The position numbers and the translations under genes were made by a program. Below, one piece after another: positions 55,701 to 64,000 of a DNA stretch of 64,000 nucleotides. Numbering within the stretch: the first letter of the stretch is position 1; every line of letters begins with the position of its first letter. A model generated the notes under the pieces. The model had not been told where the DNA came from and searched no databases. It was given only the letters and a program-made list of their open reading frames with translations. Origin of the DNA: Trichoplax adhaerens (lineage: Eukaryota; Animalia; Placozoa); assembly GCF_000150275.1 (NCBI RefSeq), contig NW_002060957.1:1538445-1602444 (forward strand), in the 5' to 3' direction.

Positions 55701-58700
55701 GTAATTGTTCTCTGAGAGTAAATACGTCGATATGTATGTCATCAGAATTCTATGTCAGGGTGAATGCAGTGAAGAGATCAAAAGTGTCTAATCTCTTCTA
55801 AAGTCTCTTGGGATTTAATAAATAGTGTAGAATAAATAATGCCAATGATTCAAAATTAAAGCAACGCATGTCATAAGCTGTCGCCAATTACATCATCAAA
55901 CAATTAAAGGAGCAGAAGTAATGATATCATAGTCGGTCAGTTACATACTCGTGCAGGTCTTGAAGATAACTCTGTTTAAATCTTAATTTTAATCTTAGTA
56001 TTGCAGCTAGTTAAACACGTTTACTTAATATTCTGATTTTCTAGATTTGCCACTCAATAGCAATAATAACAATTTAATGTACACGATTATGAATTATCTA
56101 CTAATCTGACAAGTTCCCTATCCCGTTGTAATACTTGTAACAATCAGATTAGAATAGAATGAACAGCTTATCAAGTAATACTGTAATATATACCCTATAC
56201 TATTATAATTTTATAACCAAGTTATTGCAGAATTATTGCTTTAGCTTTTTTTCAGCCTAATATTACTGTAACATTTCTACATTAATTTATCTACCGATGG
56301 AGAAAATTTTGAATTGACTCCCATTCAACATGATAATATACGTTCAAGGGAAAATAAACAATGTGGCACTTAGTAGTAGTAGCAGCTTTCATATATCCTA
56401 CAGAAAAAGAAAACTTTAATCAGGGAACACCTTGTTCTTTAATCATGAACAAAGTCATTCATTAAAATCAATGTAAATCACTACCGTTTCCTGCACTGGT
56501 AAGAATTAATATTTCAGCTAACATATCCTATCCCTATAAAAATTAATGATAATTTGCTTATTGAATAATCTCGATTAATGAATATTCAGCAGCATTTACT
56601 GGAATAACTGTATAAATTAATTTATTCTTGTTCAAGTCTTTAAAATCTACTATCGGATTCAATTTATACCTTACTTAGCGTATAATGATGCATAATAAAA
56701 GAATGGATAAGAACATTAAATGAGTTCACATCCGCTCATATTTTCCCTTTTTATCTTTAAGCTATGACTGCAATGCATTTTGTGATAATCTGGATAATTT
56801 ATGATTTAAAGAATTCTCTTCGTTTATTAATATCAATTGAGTTACACTCTCCTAGATAGAAATTGCTATTTTTTCCATTAGATTATGATTAGCGGTATAA
56901 ATTTTGAAAACGTTCATTATTAATAATCAAATTAAATAGTTTCTACTATTAATTTAATCGATGGGGAAAAAGTTTCTATATAATACAATTTTACATTATG
57001 CAATTAAAGTATACATTTAATTCTAATGGAATTTGCAATAGTTTTCTTTCCTGTGGTCATAAAGCCTGATGCGATTAAAGGAAAATAACTTATTCAAAAT
57101 CATGCCTTACATGATAATTTTCAAAAACTAAATTCTACTTCGCAGTCAATCATATTCAATAAGATTATATATATTTACTAGTCATCTATGATTCTTATAA
57201 TTATCGATTGAAATACTGTACTATAGGAAGGTAATACAAATATTATAAAGTTTAATGATTTAATCTTTATTTTCGGTCAATTAATTAACCCTATCAAGAA
57301 CGCAAATTTTGAATCATCAAATTAATGATCGTAAAATTAAAGAAAAACGACATCAATTAAGAGATAGAGAACAAAAGTTGAAGCTATTGTTGACCCTAGA
57401 GAATAAGGTATTGATTCATAATGAATCAATCCATGATTAGTAATGTTATATTAGTGTAATCTAGATGAATAAATGTTCATTCTGATAACTTTTTAATCGC
57501 GCTTTTCCATGATAATCCATTGAAGTTAATAGACAATAATCAATAATAGCATCCTAGATAATGGCGTCATGATCACCAACCCAGGTGATTCTTGCTCTTA
57601 AAAACTTTCCACTGCTGTTAAGACTACCTTTTGTTATAAATTTCATTTGTTCAAAGTATTTTAATGCCAATACATTGAATACATGAAGTAGCTGTGCGCA
57701 ATAATAATTAATTTTATTATTAGAAAGGCAATGAAGAATAATGCGTTTTCATCACAAACAAGCATCATTATACATTACTATACAGCTCTTAAAATTTGAT
57801 TTAATACTTTTACTACAGTTGGGCATGTTCCCACCAACAAGAGAGACTGGTCTCATTTATTTTTATCTAACTACGACAGTATCAAGATTGATCATAGTAT
57901 AGTTAACGAATATATTATCCATTTGACTTGACCATTTTTAAAGTGAAAATTGTTCATAAAGTGATTAGGCTACATAACTTTCATTGTAATATTCTTAAGT
58001 AATGGTTAAAGTAAATCCAAAAATAAGAAAATGCTTGAGTAAACGTTCACTTATTTGATCATTCTCCTTTATCTGTAGTCGGACCATTTCATATTCTTGA
58101 TGATTTAATGATTTCAACCAGTAAAACATTTAAAAACTGAACCCCCCTGCCAATCTATTCGGAGATTCTAAATGATACCATTGTTGGTTAGCCTTGAAAA
58201 AATAATTTCAGGTAATTAACTACTTTCCTAGCTGGCGCCATCTCGGCAGGTTTCCACTTGATGGAAATAAGGAATGGGTGTATTAGCTGGACTTTGTTCT
58301 ACGATAACCTAAATTAGATAGAGAGAAAAAATCACCAGGTGATTGAATATAATTGACGTAAATAATAATTAACAATCCAAAACTGTCTCCCTTTCTCCTA
58401 CCTATCAATGACTAACTAAAGATCAAACACAAACCAAATATTGTAAATATTACTCTGATTGAATTATTATTTTACGGTTGCTAACTGAATTGTGCCTATC
58501 AGTTATGGATAGACTAATTAACGACATTATCTAAGCTTAAAGAAAAAAACGTTTTCATTATAAGCAATTTAATTCCGCCTCTATCTGTTTCCAATCTAAT
58601 CCAATTTACCACAATTGACCTTTACAAAGTGATCCTGTAATAACACCAACTTGTTGCAGTTAGATACTATATCTACATTTCCCGCTCATACCTCTGTTTT

Positions 58701-58845
58701 CATAGCGATTACCTTTCTATGTATGTCCTAAGTCTTATTTTTTATCAGAGTATGGTACTTGATTTGATTAATTCAATTCCTATTTTGTTTTTCCTTTATA
58801 GAAATCTTACTGGTTTTTAAGAAACTTTGCCATATTTTCATCGAC

Positions 58846-61429
58846 ATGGGTCCAAAAAATCATCGTCAAAAATCATCCAAAGGCTATACTATCGATTTAC
58901 TATTAAGTGACAGCGAAACAGATGGAAAAGTAAAAGATGGCCAACTTTTTAATGCTGTAGGATATGCCAATAGTCCAGGTAATAAAAACAGCTTTTTCCG
59001 CTTTACTGTAGTCATATCTAGAGGTGAGCTAATACTACAAGTATCCTATTTTATATTGAAATTCGCATATTAGCATATTAATTGCAATCGTAACAAGTTT
59101 GCTCTATATTAATAGTATGGATCTACAAATACTCATTTGCTAAGTATTTTATTCAATTTACTTTAGTAACAATCTGTTGATGTTAATTTAGCATATGAAA
59201 TCCTAGAGAGGCATCTTGTATTTCATTTAAAGTGATGATCTACTGCCGTTATATAATTACTTAGTCACTATTTCTGGTAACATAATCCTATGGTGACCTT
59301 AGCTGCAGTAGTATAACGATTAAGCAAAAATGCAATAAATTTGAACTTTTTATTGCTTATTAAATGACGCAATATATTTTTTACTGAAATAATTAACACT
59401 TTCTACATAATAGCCTTAAATTGCTCGCCATTAGTATAAATTGCGTTAGGATAGTAGTGATGAATGCTGATTATGGGATATTATCAATTCTACTTGCTAT
59501 CGCATTCGCATGAATATTTCTTCCTAATCTCTGTAAATCCAATTAAGATAAAAATTTCTCCTTCCTTGGCGTATAGAAAACGTAATTATTTGATTTTATA
59601 GCATCTCAATTTGTAACTACTTTCAACACTAGATGTCAGCAATAGAGAAAATTTTCTGTTGCTGAATTTGAAAAAGCATAGTTGACAGTATTGCAAACAT
59701 ACTGAGTAAAATACCGGAGCAGTCAACAATATTATTTTATACTCTAAATTTGTTGCGACCAGGTGTACGTGTAACTGCACAATCTACAGTACATAGTTTA
59801 GGTAATAGAAGTGGTTATGACTTGACAAGGGGGACAGCGACCTATTCTAGTTGAATCATTAAGAAAAACAATTTGCCTTTGACTGAGAATTAGAATAGCA
59901 TGTATTACAGACTGCAGGATTATCCGCCATATATTTCCAATATTAGTTTTTTCATGATGAGATGGCTATTCTAGATAGAAAATATTTATAATAAGTTGCA
60001 ATGGTAGATATTGAAGATCATCGTATTCTGCGTCGCTAGGAAGCATTATTTCGTGTTGTATTCGTTCAATAATGCGAGCGTACTTATTCCTTAAAACCCA
60101 AGTATCTAGTTGTTGAGTTCTTACTGATATCAATAAATGCTAATAAAATCTAAATTACTTTTAAATACATGCTTTGAAGAAATAATGTAGCATTTAGCCG
60201 TAACTATGCATATTGAGATGTTAAAAAAGACTAATGCAGCTTCTTGTTTTGATAATTACGACAGATAAAAGTAGCAAATGCCAAAGTTCATATTAATAAT
60301 TAAAATGATTAATCATCCCTGTTACATTATTAAAACATTTTAAACTTCTTTAGCAATAATATTAGACTCTGTATTATCATACAACGATGTTCTATGTGTA
60401 TCATTAATTTCCTTGTAAAGTACCGCTACAACTGAATTCTCATGTGAATATTCTTACCTATTAATTATTTGTACCTATATTACTATTGCTTGATTATATT
60501 ACGTATTTGTACTACTGTCTCGTCTCATATTAATCCTTTATCATACATATTATTCCGATAAGTAATATCGTCTCTTGTAAAGTAAAGTAGCAAGTAAATA
60601 TCAAGCGATAACATATTATAAGATTTACAGGAGAATACAGAAAAGGATGATCTTGTTTCTACCCATAATTCAATACAATTGACATTCGTTGTCCATTTTC
60701 TGTTTTAGATAGTAGTAAGTCTAGTGGTGATGGCATCGATGAAAGTACAACTACGATGCGTTCAAAGGGTAATAACAGAAAATCGAAGAAGCTTAGGAGA
60801 AGTCGAACTACCTTTACTACCTTACAACTTCATCAGCTTGAACGAGCATTCGAAAAAACACAATACCCTGACGTCTTTTCACGTGAAGACTTAGCTATGC
60901 GATTAGAACTAACGGAGGCTAGAGTTCAAGTAAGATAATTATGATTTTAATATCATAGACGACGATTGTTAGTCTATGAATGTGATATTACTCATCGCTG
61001 TCTCGACCATTAATTGTTAATGGCATGAATGGAATTCCAAATATCAAATAGGTGTGGTTTCAAAATCGCCGCGCTAAATGGAGGAAACAAGAAAAAGCCA
61101 CTGGCCGAGAAAGTCCTCTTGGAGATTATCCCCTTGGGCAAAATGTTCAAGAAGGTCAATTACGAAGTTCGAATGGTTATGAAGGAGTAGTATTTTCAGG
61201 ATATCCGTATAAATCGGCAGTTCCATTAGTAACTACCATGACAACTGCATATCCATATAATACCAACATTAATTCAGTGGCACGTTTTGGTCATCAGATA
61301 CCATATATTGATTACTCGAAGGCAACTTATATGAAAGAGTTAGCAGCTTTGGCAAACACTACACCAGGAATTTATAACGGTCCTGCTATCGCTAATTATA
61401 TTAACGGGCTTCACGTAATTCGCAATTAA
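58846..61429 (+). CDS. Hbn: Homeobrain (PRD-class homeobox); exons 58846-58978, 60709-60929, 61052-61429
   Basis: N-terminal octapeptide/eh1-like YTIDLLLS. Homeodomain [46 protein letters not shown]|[14 protein letters not shown] carries the Homeobrain signatures [15 protein letters not shown] and EKTQYPDVF. Splice phases are consistent (1, 0). Confidence 0.88.
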
Positions 61430-63015
61430 GTAAATTAGTTGATAGTATTAGATCGATTACATCTTAGATAATTTACTAAGTCAATGCATTTGACAAATCG
61501 CATTTGCGTATTTAATGATAGGTGCATTTGTTTCCATAGCATTGGAAAAATATGATTTTATTTTTGTTACGTAAACTACAATGATATTTCGTACCGTAAT
61601 ACCGTGCTTATACTCTAGAATTTAGAAAAAGATGATATGCGACCTGTGTCTAATTTACTATAGTTCAGTTAGATAATACGTCAATTATAATCGAAATCCG
61701 AGTTCTATTTTATTTATTTATTTTCTGTATATTCCAAATGTGTAATCAATTAGGCAACAAAGCTATCATTTATTTATCCTTATCTATTTGTTTATCATAC
61801 GAGAATCTAGATTTTCAATTTAATCTATTCATTAATTTGTCAACCAAGTGTTAAATTAATAATACCAATGTGCATAGAATGATATATTTTATTCTTGATC
61901 CAGTAATCGATCTCATACTGGGTATTTGCGTTAGTTTGATATCTTAAGCGTATGCGTACATACATATATCGCCGTATATATTCTTATCCTATATATCAAA
62001 TCCGTGATGTGAGCAATCCGCTGTAGCAACTATCCATCTGCTAGATCTGCTTACGGCAACAGATTTAGCAAATAATAACGACATTACTTTGCACTTTTAC
62101 ACTTTTGACGTAGCCCCTGCATAACTATAGCTGTCATATTCATGTTATTACCATTTAACGTGGTGTCTTCATTATCTTAATCTGCTCGATATTTGATACG
62201 CCTGATTATAACTTCACACTAACTGCATTATTAAGGTAAAGTACGTTGATCATTATTAACTTACGAAGCCTAAGCATTCATTCTTACGATTATATTCGCC
62301 GAATATAGCAATGTTTGTGATAATTTATGGTTAATTATATTTACTACTATGAAGGTCTAACTTTTTTATAGATTTCAGTAACTATGTCACCATTACAGTC
62401 TACTCGTGTCTGCTATTTTCATTAGTGTTCAACGTAACCGCACTATGCTTTAGCATTTCTCCGCTAAAATCCTTTTTAGGGATTAGTCATTAAATTTAAT
62501 TTATTGCTGCTCTATTTTTTTTAACTCTGAAGAAAAATACCCCAATTCATGCTGGCCGAAAAATATTTTTAATTTCAATAAAGTTCATTGATACATTGCA
62601 CTCTACAATTGGTTGTTGAAGTTGTATTGACTTTAATCGCCAGACAGAAGACGCAGTCAACCATATCTATACCCTATTCTATATATTAAGGCTAATCTTA
62701 TAAATTATGAACAACATGCATCAGTTGCAATTGTACAATGGATTCTTTACAAGCAATGATTTTATCAAAAATATTGGCGTCGAGCAAATTGCGATGCAAA
62801 TAAAGTGTTGTCGTTCCATCTTTAACTAGACAAACATCGAAAGACACTTTATCGAGACTTAAAGGTCTGTGCATAGGACATGCGTATAATAGATTTTAAA
62901 ACTGCATGAAACGACCATCTGTTTATATGAATATAGTTACTACCATAACAATTAATCATTAACTTAGTTCGATAAATTCACAAATAAAGATATACGATTA
63001 TCGTGCGCATTGAAA

Positions 63016-64000
63016 TTATGAAAGTTTAAGTTTTTTGGCACTATTTCCAGTCTCAAAAGAACTTAATTCTGAAATATTTGGAGCGGCATCTCGTATTCCA
63101 CTGGTCTAAAATCGTAAAGTAATGATAAGGGTCAGTGAGAACAATTGTCAACTTAATATATTTCAATGATTGTACTTCCTATCATGATATTAACCTTGAT
63201 CTGAAAAGACACGGTGGCATTTTGCTTCTGCGGTGATTTATATAAGCGAGCGTATCTACGCCAAGATAAATTACAATATACTCTATATTAGTGCTAATGA
63301 AGGTACATTTTATTCAAGTAGAATTTACCTGACGCCGTTTTCCATAAATAGGATGGTACGATTTGCACACGTGTGACCCCAAGTCTCTCCTATGTGTTAT
63401 ATGATCAATTAATGAGTGAAATTGTTACTTAATTTAGTACTTATTGCCTGCATTATACTTTGTACCTAAAGCTGGTAACAACTGACTTGAATCAGAGTTG
63501 GAATTGAATCTCATCGTAATATGATTGGTTAGTACAACCTATATAAGATATCGAATAATTTAGAAGTATAAAAGGGGGTTGTCAATAGATCAATCTTAAA
63601 TTAATGATGAAAACTCTTACCGCCAGTTCGTGATCTGTTGCGATGCGAATCAGTTGTTGTGCAATTCCATTTAATACTCTTGTTCTCATTACCAAGTCAT
63701 CGAAAGAGTAACGAAAGGGAGAAGCGATACTATCCACAATAATTAATCGGACCTAGTATAGTTGATACACTACAGACTTTGTAATTCTCCAGGCAGGGTT
63801 ATGACATTCATCTTAAACTTTGATTATTCTATTCTCGCTATCAAGTCATACCTTTCTACTTCTTTCTTGAATAAAATCTTCTAAAATGTTTACAGTTGCT
63901 ATTACTTCCAAATAGTTCAGACAGCGGAAACAGTAGATATGCTCCATGATAAATTCAGGAGTAAAAGTTGATAGTTTTGACGCTGATTCTAATGTATATA
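63016..64000 (-). CDS. RAD51C: DNA repair protein RAD51 homolog 3, 3' portion (continues beyond the window end)
   Basis: Spliced translation: [25 protein letters not shown]...[35 protein letters not shown]...VVLTNHIT...[16 protein letters not shown]...[26 protein letters not shown]. This gives the Walker B motif and a RAD51C-like C-terminus; stop at 63018-63016. Confidence 0.9.

Noticed and set aside
56924-56934. P3-type paired-homeodomain dimer site TAATCAAATTA upstream of Hbn (another at about 33218)
   Set aside because: Such AT-only motifs are frequent by chance in DNA this AT-rich; unsupported without conservation data.
1-64000. tRNA, rRNA, CRISPR arrays or autonomous transposase/RT ORFs
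   Set aside because: None recognised by eye; the sequence is intron-rich eukaryotic DNA. A covariance-model scan would be needed to exclude small ncRNAs.

Overview
AT-rich eukaryotic genomic DNA with many short GT-AG introns and one 50-N assembly gap. The gene content and intron style suggest an early-branching animal, most likely a placozoan such as Trichoplax (inference). From left to right: (1) the 3' part of a multi-exon gene (+) encoding a degenerate kinase-like domain; (2) SCAPER (+); (3) a paralogous degenerate kinase domain on the minus strand that can be spliced in frame to the TM6-TM7 exon of an LGR/relaxin-receptor-like GPCR; (4) two tiny inverted-repeat elements with 8-bp target-site duplications; (5) a lysosomal beta-hexosaminidase (GH20, +); (6) the PRD-class homeobox genes Orthopedia and Homeobrain in tandem (+), set in long non-coding tracts with no Rx detected between them; (7) the 3' end of RAD51C (-). 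The most unusual signal is a putative family of GPCR-pseudokinase fusion receptors. Two copies flank SCAPER, have matching exon sizes and phases, and carry a dead kinase domain that resembles TGF-beta receptor kinases. All exon models were read by eye and have no transcript support.
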